In this document: in pieces, positions 1-56,478 of the stretch | Layout of the letters: each line of letters begins with the position of its first letter | Position numbering within the stretch: position 1 is the stretch's first letter | The notes under the pieces: generated by a model | What the model was told of the DNA's origin: nothing | Databases searched by the model: none | What the model saw: the letters and a program-made list of their open reading frames with translations, nothing else | NCBI GenBank assembly: GCA_012295275.1 | Contig: CM022666.1 | Coordinates: 2,418,001 to 2,482,000 of the forward strand | Source: Chrysomallon squamiferum | Lineage: Eukaryota > Animalia > Mollusca | Length of the DNA stretch: 64,000 bases | Direction of reading: 5' to 3' | Translations under genes and position numbers: made by a program

Positions 1-695
1 ACTTTGAACTCAAAACCTCATTGTTATCATTTAGAAAAAGAAAAGAAAGTAATGAAGGTAATTTGGATAATATTTTTCATACTCCTTGATTTTACTGATA
101 ATCCTTTTACTATTAAAATATATAGTAAAAACATAATAATAATAGTGGAAAAGTTTCTCTGATTTTGGTTTTGACATTTTCAGTTTTCTATATAAATTTT
201 AGAGTATCAAGAAAAAACACACAAAAAAAAAAAAAAAATAAAATAAAATAAAAAAAAACATTGTTGAAAGAAAAAAAACAATAAAACACAAAGAAAAATA
301 CTGAAATCTATTACAATAAGTTATGTAACTTACATAGTAGAATAAAATAATTTGTAAATTACTAATAAGAGTTTATTATAATCATCTATACAAAATTAAA
401 AAAAATTCTTGTATATATTATGTATAAAGTTTTGGTTGATTTCTGCCAGATTCTTTTTGATTATAAAATCAGAAAAGTTCAGTTTTGGTACAAGTGAGAC
501 TTCTTACACCAGTAGCTTTGAAAAATTGTTTCTGACATCATTTTAATATTATTCTTACATAAACTATCATTTCAGAATAAAGAAATAAAAAAAAGGCACA
601 GATTCTAAAAGGGCATGGGTACATTTAATATAAAAATAATTCACAGGCACTGACATATATAGGAGATAACATAGGCAGATACATATATACAGAAG

Positions 696-830
696 ATAAC
701 ACACTAACATATACATTAGGCAACATATGGGTACCGACATACAAATAACACACTAACATAAACATTAGGCAACACATGGTTACCGACATACAAATAACAC
801 ACAAACATATACATTAAACAACACATGGGC
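696..830. repeat. 49-bp tandem repeat, about 2.7 copies
   Basis: ataacacactaacatatacattaggcaacatatgggtaccgacatacaa starts at 696, 745 and 794. Confidence 0.8.
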
Positions 831-2547
831 ATGTAATAAATAACACAAAGGCTCAGTCACATAAAGAATAACATACAAAGTTACATGTGGACACAGACGT
901 TATGCAGAGTAACATTCAAGCACATTCAGAAAACAAGACTTGGGCACTGTCAAACACTGATGTGTAAACACTAACATATGATATACATATATAAAACACA
1001 CATATACAGACAGTAAAACAGATGTATACATTTAAAAAAACACACACGTCACAGTCACTGAATTGTCCACATACAGATTCATCAGTATGAACACACATAA
1101 AAACCATAACATTAACAGGGTCTGATATAAACACTTAAGCACCTTTGGTAGAATTCACAGTTCCTGGGGTGAAGGGGGGTGTGGGGATAAGTGGTTAGGG
1201 GATCTTGGGCAGTACAAACAAAAAAAGAAGTAATAATAAATATACAAAATATAATAAAAAGGTGCATACAGGGAGAGAAGGTTTTGTACATTCAAAAACA
1301 TATTACATGATTTCGTTATTTATTCAGATACTGTTAGATGCAAATTGATTTGAATAAGAAAATGAGATTTTTTTTCTTTTTTTTTTTTTTTTTTGCATGA
1401 ATATTGTAATGAAATAAATACACTGTTAATTCTTTAGACAAAACTCCCAACAAGTTGGGTGTCTCGGTCTTTTTCAAAATCCTTGATTTTTCACAGGTTT
1501 TGTTTCAAAGGTGTAAGAAGTCATCACTATGCAGGTATAAATACGCATGCATGCATGCACGCACACACACACATTGACCTTTATTTTATCTTACTACACA
1601 ATATAAAAATGAATTGTTAATTTCAAGTTTTTAGTCAGAAAGTACAGTATCATTTCAAAGTAACCAAAACGGAAATTTTTTCATTTAAATGAAAATTGAC
1701 CTCATTTCAGTGTTCTTGTTAATATGAACATTTAAGAGAAGTTACCAGTCATATCCTAGCAATACAAAAATGAAAGAAATGGTGTATAAATATAAATAAA
1801 TAAAATATATATATATATATACATATACCATTTCTTTATATATAATTTATTAAGAAACTTAATTTTACATTTATTTTAAACCAAACCCAAATTATTAAAA
1901 GGAAAAAAATAAAAAATAAAAAATAAAAAAATTAATAAAAAGTGAACAAAATATAGAAGAAGTAGTTGAAAAACATTTATATATTATACTCCAATATTAA
2001 TTTTTTTTTTTTAAAATATAAGAATATAGAAACTGTAACAATTACTACCAGTAATGATAATAAAATAATTATATTTATATAGATATATATATTTGTATTT
2101 TCAGGCTGAAAAATGTGGAAGTTTTCTATGGAAATATAAATATAGGATAAATGCATTAATGGGAATATTCTAGACTGAATAGTGTGGAATTATTCTAAAC
2201 TGAATCTTAGGAAATATTAAAGGCTAAATCCTGTGAGAATGATCAAGGCTGAATTTTGTTTCATTATAATCATCACAAATAAACTTTATGGAAAATGCAG
2301 ATGAATAGTTAAAAATATCCTCTAGATATCTCTTTTAGGTTGAATCCTTGACCTTTTTTTTTGATGGCTGCTAGTGTATCACAGCCTAGACAATTGAAGA
2401 TGTCCATAATCCATAAAAAAAAACATGTTTTATACTGAAATACACAAGACTGAATCCAGTGGATGCACTTCAGGGTAAATTTCTGATGAAACATTTTTGG
2501 CTGAGTCGTTTGGATATATTATTTGTTGAATCCCAGAGATTAGTCGT

Positions 2548-2790
2548 AGCTTAATCCTGGAGATACAGCCTTAGAAATTATCCTGGAGAAATAGCCTTCG
2601 CTTAATCCTGGAGATACAGCCTTAGAAATTATCCTGGAGAAATAGCCTTCGCTTAATCCTGGAGATACAGCCTCAGATTAATCCTGGGGATACAGTCTTA
2701 GCTTAATCCTGGATATATACCCTCATCTTAATCCTGGACGTGTAGCCTTAGCTTAATCCTGGAGATACGGAATCAGCTTAATCCTGGTAA
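2548..2790. repeat. 25-bp minisatellite, about 10 copies, in putative 3' UTR
   Basis: gcttaatcctggagatacagcctta-like units. Confidence 0.85.
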
Positions 2791-3089
2791 TATCGTGTTA
2801 GGTGAATCTTTGGAATATATTCTTGGCTAAATCCTGTGTATATATTCCTGGGAAAGTCCTGAAGTAATCTAGAGAAACTGCAGGATATTTCTTTACACGA
2901 ACCACAGATCATGTGATGCTTCAGCTAGCATCATTAGTGCAAACCGTTCTAGCAAACAATTCTTTGGAAATATCCCGTTCTGGTCTCGGAGCTATGAATT
3001 GGGGTTCCTTCACATAGAAAAGACTTTGGGTCATGTTGACTAAAAAAATAAATAAATAATAACAATAATAACATTTTTAAAAATCCTGT

Positions 3090-43264
<40,175 letters not shown>

Positions 43265-43336
43265 CTGAAAATAAATTAACAAAAATTAACACACACGCAA
43301 TAGTGAGAAACATTTAAAAAATATATATATATGTGT

Positions 43337-43395
<59 letters not shown>

Positions 43396-43440
43396 GTGTG
43401 TGTATATGTGTATATGTATGTGTGTATACGTTTATGTATG

Positions 43441-43497
<57 letters not shown>

Positions 43498-43687
43498 ATC
43501 CACTATTATATACATATATTATTTCATACATGCATGTATAAACATAAATAGATACATACACAGGTATAGTAATATTATTATTATTACATGAAAATTTGTC
43601 TAAAGTTTAAAATTAACAATAATTTGTGATTTTCCATCAACTGTTTGTTGATTTTTGTAATAATTGTGATTTAAAAGATTCCAAGAC

Positions 43688-45516
43688 AATCATCGATACA
43701 CAAAATGTGTATGTATGTGTTAGTTTGTGTGTTTGCATGTATTTATTTATAATTTATCACAGTAAATATAACACATACACAAACTAAGCTATTAATCATA
43801 ACAGAAAAAAACCGATAACACATTAATACAAAGCTAGAAATCGTGATTAAATTTAATAGATATTTTCACAGAGGAGTAAGAAAACACTTAAACAGACTAA
43901 TTAACCTAAAAAAAATATTTATATATTAAAAAATCAATAAAAAAACTAATTAATTTCTCCTCAACAAATATTAACTGTAGCTACTGTATATATTAACTGT
44001 ACCCACACACACACACACACACACACGCACGCACACACACACACACACAATCAAATATCTCCAGTGATCATTTGTTATAAATAAATAAATAAATAAAAAT
44101 AAATAAATATTTAATTAATTATAAAAATCAGTTACTAACTAAAATTAAATTAGAAGTTATACAGAAGTCTTATGAAATATCTGAGAAATTTGACAGATAT
44201 TAACAAGCAGACCTACATTTAAAAAAAATATATACTGAAAAAAGCCCCATCAAACATAATCATTGATACACAAAATGTATATGTATGTGTTTGTTTGTGT
44301 GTTTGCATGTATTTATTTATAATTTATCACAGTAAATATAACACATACACAAACTAAGCTATTACTCATAACAGAAAAAACCGATAACACATTAATACAA
44401 AGCTAGAAATCGTGATTAAATTTAATAGATATTTTCACAGAGGACTAAGAAAACACTTAAACAGACTAATTAACCTAAAAAAAAAAAAAATAATATATTA
44501 AAAAATCAATAAGAAAACTAATTAATTTCTCCTCAACAAATATTAACTGTAGCATCTTCTCAAACATACATAAATAACTTATAACAGTCTTTTGTAACGA
44601 AAATCCATTTTATGTGTCAAGATGTAGAAAATACACGATTTTCATAAACAGACAAATGTTTTGTGTATGAAAAATTTATTTTTATTTTTGGTAAAAAGAA
44701 AAGGATGTTTTTTGTTTGTTTTTTTCTTTTTGGATGTAAGAAATTTGTCAAAAAATCCATCAGATTTAATATTATCATTATTATTATTGTTATTAATTAT
44801 TACTATTATTCCTACTACTTCTTTCTCTGTGTGTGTGTGCGCGTGTGTGCGTGAACTTTTAACACTGCTTGATAAAAACATCCATTAAGAGGGGTTTGTT
44901 TTACAAATTTCTATAAATATCAGTTATAAAAATTCCATTTTGAAAAAAAAAAAAAAAGGAAAAATATAATAAAGAAAGTCTGTGTTTTGGTGGGGGTTTC
45001 ATTCTAAATAATTCTAAAAATCATTAGGAAAAAAAAAATTCAGTAGGTGAATCACAAAACAATAAAGAGATATTTCTTAACATATAGTACTGACTAATTA
45101 TAGCAGTCAAATTGCCAACAAAATTCTAATGATATGCTAGGAACAATATCCAATAAAACAAATTTCCATTGAAATCCATCCAAAACCAAATAATAATAAT
45201 AAAATCCATCTTGGATATAAAACCAAATAATACAAATAATAAAATTAAAAATAATTACTCACACACACACACAAAATTAAATATCTCCAGTGATCATTTG
45301 TTATAAATAAATAAATAAATTGATAAATAAATAAATAAATAAAATAAATAATTAAATAAATATTTAATTAATTTTAAAAATCAGTTACTAACTGAAATTA
45401 AATTAGAAGTTATACAGAAGTCTTACGAAATGTCTGAGAAATTTGACAGATTAATTAACAAACAGACCTACATTTAAAAAAAAAAAAAAATATATACTGA
45501 AAAAAAGCCCCATCAA
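43688..45516. repeat. Interleaved intronic direct duplications A-B-A'-X-B'
   Basis: A 43688-43981 matches A' 44258-44553; B 44053-44254 matches B' 45279-45516; near-identical by eye. Confidence 0.85.
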
Positions 45517-46898
45517 AAAATAAAGAATAAAAAAAGGAGTTGATTTCTGACTTGTGGATAAATAACAATTATCAAAAACACAGCTAAATTTAGAATGAAA
45601 CACAGTAAACGTTAGCTGAACCCAATCATGTTTCTTCAATTAATTCTTTAAATAAAGATGACTGATGATTTTTTCAGAGCCAATATCCTCTCTCTTTTAC
45701 TGCCAGTTTGCATCATGAAAAGATATTAGAAAAATGCCTGATAGCCTGAGTTTTTTAGTTATTTATTTAAAAATGTTTTAAAAAATTTTAAATTTTATTT
45801 TTTTATTTTTAGGTATATATGTGTGGATGTATGAATGTATGTGTGTGTGTGTGTGTGTGTGTCTTGGTAGAGGAGGTTACACAAATTTTGGGGAAATATA
45901 TAAAATGTAAATGTACCATGAATATAATTTCAACATTTATACTGAAATTAAAATATTAATTTTAAAATCTAATAATTATTATTATCAGCAAAATTTGTTT
46001 TAAAAGCCAAATAGAAATTAAAATGGATTGAATTTATCTTTACAATCTGTGTAAAAAAATAAAATATATTACTAACAGAATTTATTTTTAAATTATAAAA
46101 AAATTCATCTTAAAAATTGTACAAAAAAGAATATGCATGTGTGTGTGTATATCTGTTTGTGCGAATGTATTAAACTCTTACAATCTGTATCGAAAAAACA
46201 GTACCAAACTCGTCTTAAAACCTCGGTATTTCATTTCATTTTATTTTATTTTAATTTTATAAAAAAAACACTTAAAAAAACGTTCTCAAGATATAAATAA
46301 AAGTGCAGACAAGCTAAAAACGGACTGAAGTAAACGCATTAAGAAACAAGTCAAGGTAAATTAAACGAAGAAAACTAATTAAGTTAATTAAGTAATAAAA
46401 AGGAATGGTTTAAAGAACAAAGAAAGAGTACTGAATGCTGGTCATAGGCACTGGAATCGTTTTAGTAATTAAGCGTTTTATTAGAGCTTCAGAAGAGTTT
46501 AATGAGTGATATAAAAAAAAAAAAAATCGACCGATAAATTCTTGAAAGAGTGCCACCATATCTGTAATGCGTAAGATATTAATAATAAAAAAAAAAAAAA
46601 AACTACGACAACAAAAAAATAATAAAAGAAAAACATTAAAATAAATCTTAAAAAATCTTGAACCCCCCCAAAAACTAACAACAGAAAAAACACAAAGAAT
46701 TTTTTTTTTTTAATTTTAAAATTAAGAAAAAAACCCAACAAATTTCTTCATTTTTTTCTTTTTAAATGTATCTTCAATACAATATTATTCATTTAAAAAA
46801 AGTTATTCATTAAAAAAAAAATAATAATTAAAAAAAGGGTTCCTCCAATATGAATCTATTAAAAAAAAGGCTTAATACAATAAATAAAATGAAATGAA

Positions 46899-46930
<32 letters not shown>

Positions 46931-49256
46931 AAAAACTTGAAATAATAATAATAATAATAACTTTAAAAAACAAAATTAAAAAAATTATTTTAAATATCTT
47001 AAAAGTCAAACTTTACAAATAAACCATAAATATAATAATTATAGATAAATATATATTAAATTTCATCTGGTGAAAGGATCAACAGACCTCAAAATAGCCT
47101 ACCTATCTGAAACGATATCACACTTAAGCACAAACAATAAATTAAAAATTATTACTATTTATCATAAACAAGACCAAAATAACCATTTAGTAACAAACAG
47201 TCTGTATGTACACAGTCTGATCACTGAAAATAAATAATCAGACGTTTTTATCTGTATAAAAAAAATGTATCAATTTGTGATAATTTTTTTTTTTTTTTTT
47301 TTTTTGAAAACCGGTCAATAAAGATTTCTAAAAGGGGGGTAATTCTGGTTGTTGTTATTTTGGGTAATATCTTTGAATTAAGTATAAATAATTACTATTT
47401 AAAAGAAATACAGATCTATATTCAGAAATGTTAATTCACGATAAATTATTATTATTATTATTATTTTTATTGTTGTTTTTATTATTATTTTTATTATTAT
47501 TATTATTAAAGTTGTTGTTAATGCTATTGTTATTATTATTATTATTATTATTTTAATCTAATTAACAAACTAACCAAAGAACATTTTAGATTTGTAAAAA
47601 AATACATACTAAAATCCAGTTGTTGAATTTCATTTTGTTTTTAAATTAAAATTATAATTAAACTGAATGTCTAAACAAGCTTTAATTTTAAACACCTATG
47701 ATGAGTGAAATTAATAACATTGAAAACAACAATAACAGTAATAACAATAAGTAATAATATTAATAAAATAATAATAAGTAATAATATGAATAAAATAATA
47801 ATGAGTAATAATATTAATAAATAATAATAATAATAATAAAAATAAAATAAATAAACAAATTAAATAAATAAATAAATAAAGAAACAAAATAAATAAATAA
47901 AAAAAAAAAAAAAATAAAACAGAAGAAAAACGAAAAAGATAAGAAAATATCCCAAAATATCAATTATTGCCATTTGTTTTTCTTGAAGAAATTAAACGTG
48001 CCAAAAACAGATTTGGCACTATCTATAAAACATGAGCTGTAAACAGAACCATCGTAACATCCAAAACACCAGTGACTAATAAATTTAAAATTCTTGTTTT
48101 TTTCCAAGATGAAACTATTAGTAATATCAAATCATGCACCATCTGTATTTGTAATAAGGTTCCTGGTATCAACAATTTTTACACACAAACAGACAAGCAC
48201 ATACATACATATCTATGTGTATTTGTATATATACATACATACAAACACACATACACATATAAAACATTTTGTGTCTTTTAAAAGAAACAAAACAATCACA
48301 TAAAAACTGGCACCATATTTAAACTGTTTATAAAAACTATTACTACATCATCATCTTCCTAAATAAACAAAAAATAATTTTTAATTGCTCCATATTTTTT
48401 AAATGAAACTAGAAATGCCATCACTCTGCATGAAACATTCACCACAAAATTAATCACTTAACATCCAAAATATTCCTTTTTTGATAACAAACTAAAAATT
48501 CTATGAAAAACTGGCAGCTTGTATAATACATTTATCACAAATACAACTACTTTAATCTTCCAAAATACATTTAATAATCTTCTTTTAATCATCTGTTTTT
48601 TTTGTTTTTTTTCAAAAACCTGCATCTCCAAAACAAACAAATAAATAAATAAACATCACACGAAAATTATCATTATCACAAAACTACACACAACCTTACC
48701 TCTTCGAAAAACTCCAATTAACAATAATTCCATTTTCGTCTCTTATTTTTGTTTTAAAAAAAAAAAAAAAAAAAAAAATAAAATAACACCCTCAGAACTG
48801 TAAATATTTCACCAAATATTTTTTACAAAGATGACAGAATTTTTAATTTTTCTTATCCAAGAAAATTGCTCTGCTCGTATGGAACGAGAGAGACAGATAC
48901 GTCTGTTTGTGTGTGTGTGTATGTATGTATGTGTGTGTATATCCTAGCACTCAACACTGAATGACGTTTTTTTCTTTAATCTTGCCTTCTCTTGTGGCAA
49001 GCCAGGATCAATACAACACACTGACAGGGCTTTCAGTTCTCTCGTGGTCCCATTCAGCTGCTTTCTGGATCCAGAGACAGACGATGACGAAGATAGGTGT
49101 GGTTTTGTGACATGACGATGATGATGATGATGATGATGATGATGTATGCAGACAATCAATAGACGTACAATCATAGACGTCTATATATCGTGTTCGGTTC
49201 TGTGTGGTGTGGCGTTTTTGTAGGTGCGAGTGTGTGTGCACGAGTGTAGGAATGAA

Positions 49257-49291
<35 letters not shown>

Positions 49292-50022
49292 TTGTGTTTG
49301 TATGCATGTTCTTGCACATAGATATTGACCTTTGTATGTATGTATGTATGTATATGTATGTATGTATGTATGTATATGTATGTATGTATATGTATATGTA
49401 TATATATGTATATGTATGTATGTATATGTATGTATGTATATATGTAATGAATAGATACAGATACAGATACAGATATTAATGACTGTTTAATTAGTATCTG
49501 ACAAATGAACAGATAATTCATCCTCACCTAATATTGATTCAGATGCGGGAAAAGCAAAACTTTACACGTCTGTTTAATTATCACTCCATTGTCTGTCTAA
49601 TTACAGTTTTTCTCTGTACAAATTTATTTTTAAACCCAACACGAAACCACTGATATTGCTAACAATGGGTGTTTTTTTTGTGCAATCTTTCGAGTTCTGA
49701 TTAGCATTCGATTTACAAAGCTTGTAAGTTTTAGGGAATTGATGAAAATGGTTTCACTGCAAAGATACGGAATCAAGCAGTTAAGGGTTTTAACTTAAAT
49801 CATGTCCACTGACACTGCTGCTGCTGCTGTTGATGCTGATATTGTTGCCACCACTGTGGTTGGAGAAATTAACTGAATGCTGTTTATTCCAGTGTTCTGT
49901 TTGTTGGTGATGAAAGTTTGTTAGAGATAAGTAATGTATTTGTTTCTATTTGTTGTGGTCTCTGGTGCAGTTTAACTGACTAAGTTAAAGTGAATGGTAT
50001 CAGAATATGCTCTCTATTAGAG

Positions 50023-50053
<31 letters not shown>

Positions 50054-50060
50054 CAGAGAC

Positions 50061-50121
<61 letters not shown>

Positions 50122-51582
50122 GAAAAATAGAAAAATAAATAGCATAGACAGTAGAAAACAATCAGAAACAGAATGAAAAACAAGCATAACACAGAAACTG
50201 AAATAAACACAGACAGATGTGAACAGACAGATGCACAGGAAAAATAAAAAATACAAAATAAAACAAACAGCATAACAGTTTTTGAAATACACACAGATGC
50301 ACAGGTAAATAATACATAATCAACAACAGCTACGTTTTTTGGCCAACACACAAGGCTTCTCATTTCACAAAGAGCAAATTTCAAACATCAGTTTAGTCTA
50401 ATGATAATTAAACATCATCCCAGTGACAGACAGACACACACACACACAGACAGACACACACATATACGTAACTGAATTCTCCAGCCACTGTTTAACAGTT
50501 TGTCAGCATACTGGTTTCTAATATCACAAAGTGCAAGAGTGTACTCAGAATAATTAAACATCACTTCAGCAACATGGCCACAGTGTGTTCACGCAGTATG
50601 CCACTCGTAGTCGCAATGGTCACAGAACCAAACTGCAGAATCAGACACTTTAATTTATCAAGACAACACTGTCTGCTTGACTAGTACTTCCTTGTTGGTA
50701 CTGTTTTGTTTTCTAAGTAGTCTGATAATAAAAAAATAATAATGATGATGATGATGATAGTATAATAAGTAATAATAATAATAATAATAATAATAGTAGT
50801 AGTATAGTAGTAAAGTAGTAGTAATAGTAGTAGTTGTAGCAGTAATAACAATAGTGGTAGTAGTATTTGTAGTAGTAATAATAATTATAAAGTAGCAGTA
50901 ATAGTAGTAGTTGTAGCAGTAGTAACAATAATGGTAGTAGAAGTAGTAATAGTAGTAATAATAATAATAATAATAATAATAGTATAACAGTAACAGTAAT
51001 AATAATAATAGTAATAAAAAAAGAACACATATTGATATAACAACGATAATGACAACAACAGTAATAATAATAATAAAAGTAGTAGCAATAATAATAAACA
51101 ATTATATAATAAAACAAAATAAAATAAAGAGAAAAGCAAAGAAAAAACTAAAAATATTTGAATTTTACAAACTGTACTATTTTTCATTCAATAATAATCA
51201 TTTACCACTTAAGTTATAATAAATCAAAAACTATTAAGCTACACGCTACAAGATTCCACAAACAAAACTAAAAGAAATCTGTCGAAACATTTACCTACAC
51301 TGAATTAAACTTACCTTTGAAAACTGATCAACAATTTCTCATCATTAAAACTTGAAAAATAATTAAAATTAAATGTAAACTAAATTACACCCAGGATGTA
51401 AACAGTTTTTTTAAATCGTCAGTCAACAGAATCAAACTTAAACAAAATTCTCGTTAACTTGTTCAGTTTTCTTTTCAAAAGCGTTGGTGATTATGAACAA
51501 AAAGCTTAAATTAATTTTTATTCTTCCCCATTTATTAATAGGTTGGGTGTATGCTTTTTTCCTTCTTCCTTTTTTTCTTTCC

Positions 51583-51622
<40 letters not shown>

Positions 51623-52157
51623 AAGTTCCTAGAAAATTAAAAATATAAAAGAATGAGGAGATTCACATTGATTCCCGTTTTCTGTTTTTTTTTATTGTCA
51701 GTGTCCACAAAGAATGAAGAGGTATTTGGAAAATGAGCAAATCATCACAAAAATTTGGCCACATCTTCAAGTATAGATTTTTAAATGCTTTAAACATTTA
51801 TGTTATTGCTGTTTAAAAGCTTTTTTACAAAATGATATCACACAAGAATGAAAAAAAATTGAATAATAATAATAATAATAATATACACATGTGTGTTTAT
51901 TTAAGCTTTTTATAATAAATTTTTAATAAAGATATTTATAGAGTGAATTTTTGCAATTTTTTTACATTTTAAATACAAAAGGAAAAAAACAAATTATAAA
52001 TTTGATAATTAAGATTTTTCTCTAATAAAGTGTTTAGATGAAAAATAAAATAATGTCAACATAAAATAATTAAAAGTCAATACACTAAAATTCACTCAAT
52101 TTATATTAAAATAATTTACAGAAGGTCTCTTAAATAATTTTAGAGGTAATAGATTCA

Positions 52158-52193
<36 letters not shown>

Positions 52194-52205
52194 AAATAAA
52201 AAAAA

Positions 52206-52240
<35 letters not shown>

Positions 52241-52809
52241 AATAAAAAACAATAAAATAATGAAAAAGAATATGAAAAAATAATAATGTATCAAATTCTT
52301 TATCTCTCTCTCTCATATATATATATATATAAATTAAATATTTTCAGAATTTTTTTTCAAAAATTATATTCTAAAAATCTAATCAAACTGTAATTTGTGA
52401 AATTTCACCTTACCTCTGTACCTGAATGTACCTGTGTGGATACTGACGTGTGTATCGTGGTACACAGCTGTACCTAGCTGAACTTATATTACTAATCAAG
52501 TCCACCTACATACTGACAACAGCTGGCTGAGACATACAGCATGCATATGTTAAAACTGATGTAACAAACGTGAAAATGCATAGACGATTACTTGCTTAAA
52601 ATGGGCATTAGACAGGCGAAATAATAAAAATAATGTTAAATTATTTAGAAATAATGAATTTATTATTATTATTGTTGTTGTTGTTGTTATTGTTGTTGTT
52701 ATTATTTTGAAAATGAGCTGTAACCTTTTATTTTGAGTTATTTATTTATTTATTCATTCTGTTTTATTTTATTCTGTTCTGTTCTATTCTAGTCTATTCT
52801 ATTTTTTTG

Positions 52810-52840
<31 letters not shown>

Positions 52841-52983
52841 TTGTTTTGTTTTGTTTTGTTTTGTTTTATTTTGTTTTATTTTACTTTATTTTTTTTTTTT
52901 ATATAAAAAAATTTATTTTATAAAAAAAATTATTTTATTAATTTAATTTAATTTAATTTAATCTAATCTAATTTAATTCAATT

Positions 52984-53030
<47 letters not shown>

Positions 53031-54513
53031 TTATTTTCTTGTTGTTGTTAACAGCAGATAAATAGTGTTAATTTTAACAGTTTTATCCTACTTGAATAGT
53101 CTGATAACATATTTAAAAATACTTTAAAACTGTTGGTTTATTTTTAAAATTATTTAAATTTGAATACATATTAATTCAAGTCAGAACATGCTCAGTAAAT
53201 GATGTGTGTCTATTCTGGACTTGCCTTAGTTGGTTTAACTTTAAATTATATTAAGCAGTATTAAAATTATCAGCCAAATAATCAGTAATTCTCTGATATA
53301 AATAATCATTTGCTGCCTTATAGTGATGATATTAAGCAATATTAAAAAATTTAAAGAAATAAAGATGAAAGTAATGTAAATAATAGTTCTTAGTGTTATA
53401 ATGTTATTTTACAAAAATGAATGGGTTTTTAGATAAATTTAAAAACAATAAAACACACACACACACACTCACATACACATAAAAAATATATATAAATAAA
53501 TAAAAATAAAATACTAAAAAAAGCTAAAACAAAAATAAAATAAATATATAAACAAATAAAAAAAAATCATATAATATAAAAAAACAAAAAATAAATAAAT
53601 AAAATTAATATAAAACAAAAAAACCAAAAAAATACAAAAACAAAATATAAATAAAATAAACAACAAAACAAAAAATTAAAACAAAACAAAACCAACAAAA
53701 TTAAAAATAAATAACCACTACACAACACATAATATTCTTAATACACTAACAAAAGATCTCATAGCGTTAACACAAAACGACGCGATCGCCAAATTAACAT
53801 TCGGTTATTGCACAACACAAACAAACGATTATTTTCTGTCAGCTATTAATCACACATCGCTGCAACAACTGTACAAAACACACAGCAAACTGTTGCCACT
53901 CTGCGAATTCACCAAAACGTGATGACGATGTTGTCCCAAGCAAACGCAAGAATTAACCTAAAGTGGTGTGCACTTCTCCAACTTCAAATTTTGTTTTGTT
54001 TGACAACACAACTGCGGCACATTGATTCACTCTCTATCATCGGCTGTTGTACACTGAAGATTTAGTAACTATGGACACACAAGTCTTCGGAGAAAGTGGG
54101 TTCAAAATTTGTTTCCATTAAAAAACTATGGATTTTGTTTCTATGACTCCCCCAAAAGACAGGAAGAAAAAAAAAAACCTCAAAAAACATACAAGAAGTT
54201 TTTTTTTTTTAAATACTGTTTGTGTGGTGGAAGATGAAACTGGGAAAAATTGGTTCCAGAGATTGTATTTCAGGTTTGATCCCATATTGATGAATTAAAA
54301 AAAAACTATAAAAAAAAATCCTATTTATAGGAAAATTTAAAGTTTTGATTTAACAAAATCTTTCTTAAATGGAAGCATTTGGTGGTGGTGATTTTAAAGA
54401 AAAGAAAGATAATGTTTTAATTCCTGTCTTATTTTGTTAATTACTTTTTTGAACTGTTTTGGCCTTTCTTAAAAATTAATTTGAAAATTAAATAAACATA
54501 CACACACACACAA

Positions 54514-54589
<76 letters not shown>

Positions 54590-55299
54590 TACAGACAGAC
54601 AAACTATACAAATATGGGCACATACATATGGTAATACGATACAACGATTCAAATGACTATCTCTGTCAGATGACTATATTATTATCATTTATTTTGGGAC
54701 AATTTTTATTTTTCATATTTTTTTTAAAAGAAAAAGAAACTATGACAGAAAGAAAGAATTAGAAATTAAGAACGATGAAAGAAAGAAGAATTAGAAATTA
54801 AGAAATGATGAAAGGAAAAATAAAACAATGAATGAAACCATAAACAATGGAAAAAAAAAAAAAATAAATAAAAAGAAATCTATGGAAGGTTTTTTATTCC
54901 AATTCCAGAGCAGTGTGTATTCATTAGCTTCCAAGCTGGAGGCAAAAGTGGTTTATTTTTGAAACAAAAATCTTCATTTATTATTTATCATGCCGGTAAT
55001 AGATACTTTCATTCCAGTGAATGAAAGACAAAATGGAAGTTTTTAAAAAGACAGAGTGACTCAGTGTATATGTATGTGTAAGTGGGTAAGCAGACATGAA
55101 TATATATAGATATTTATATATAGAAATGTTTATGAGTATATGCTTACATGCATGTATGTATGCATGCATGTATGTTTGTATGTATGTATATATGTAATAT
55201 GTATGTATGTATATATATATGAATGTATGTGTGTATATATATGTTTATATGTGTGTATGTGTATATGTATATGTGTGTATACATATATATATATGTCTG

Positions 55300-55336
<37 letters not shown>

Positions 55337-56430
55337 TCATTTGTATATGTCTATATCTCGGTCTATGAGTGTATATGTGCATGTGTATATGAATGTATGT
55401 GTGTCTGTGTTATGTATGTAAGTATATATGCATGTGTATATATACGTCTGTTTATATATCTCTATCTATGTGCACAAGTATGATATGACTGTGTATGTAT
55501 CATATAAACATATTTATGAACACACACACAGACAGACTGTCTACACCAATCTACACCAAAAGTCTACACCACCAGACACACTCAGACAGGCAGGTACACA
55601 CACCCCACCATCACTCCACCCACCACCACGGCAGTGCAGAACGCAACACCATCACAATGTATTGATTTGCACGACAACATTTGTTGTCTTTGTACAATAT
55701 GCCCCATTGATGATATTGCAAACAGCACTGTCACCAGGCAGGCAGAGAGTATCGGAACTGTCCACACAGCAAATATTGATTGAATGTTTGCACACTATTG
55801 TGATACAAATGAAATTTCTTTTTTTTTTTTTTTTTTTTTTTTTTTTCATATCCTATCAGATTCGGTTTCTCTCGCGTTCTCGCTTTAATGAAAAGAACTT
55901 GATGATTATGTTGGCTCTCAATGAAAGGAAGATTAAAATGAAATAAACAAAACAGGCCCCTGTCTGCAGCTGAAAATGGCTGAAATAAATCATTGTCGTT
56001 GTCGTACAGGAATATGTTGAGTGATGGTGATGGTGATGGTGATGATGATGGTGAACGCATAACGAGAACAAATTCAGATACGTTTGTTTAAGATGGGTAA
56101 AAATAATAATAAATAATAAATAAAAATTATCAGTTTAAAAAAAAAAAAAAAATAAAAAAAAATAAAAAAAAATAATGAAATATTATATTAAAATTTACAT
56201 GAATAGTGTTTTTTTTTTTATTATTAATTTCTTTTATTATTACTTTAAAAATGTTATTGATTCTGGTATTCATTTAAATCCCTATATAACTTGCTCACTG
56301 GTATTTACAAATTATGAAAGACCTCTCTTTGGAATCTTACTAGAACAAGTGACTATTAACAAAACTGAAGTGTGTGTATGTTAACTTTAATAATTAATTG
56401 AAAAACTTATGAATAAACACACACACACAT

Positions 56431-56478
<48 letters not shown>

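Noticed and set aside
2949-3089. 46-codon in-frame ORF after the DGK TGA (possible readthrough), and an AG acceptor at 3040
   Set aside because: The stop context is TGA-A rather than the leaky TGA-CTA, the frame runs through a TAT microsatellite, and phase-0 use of the acceptor gives only ST*
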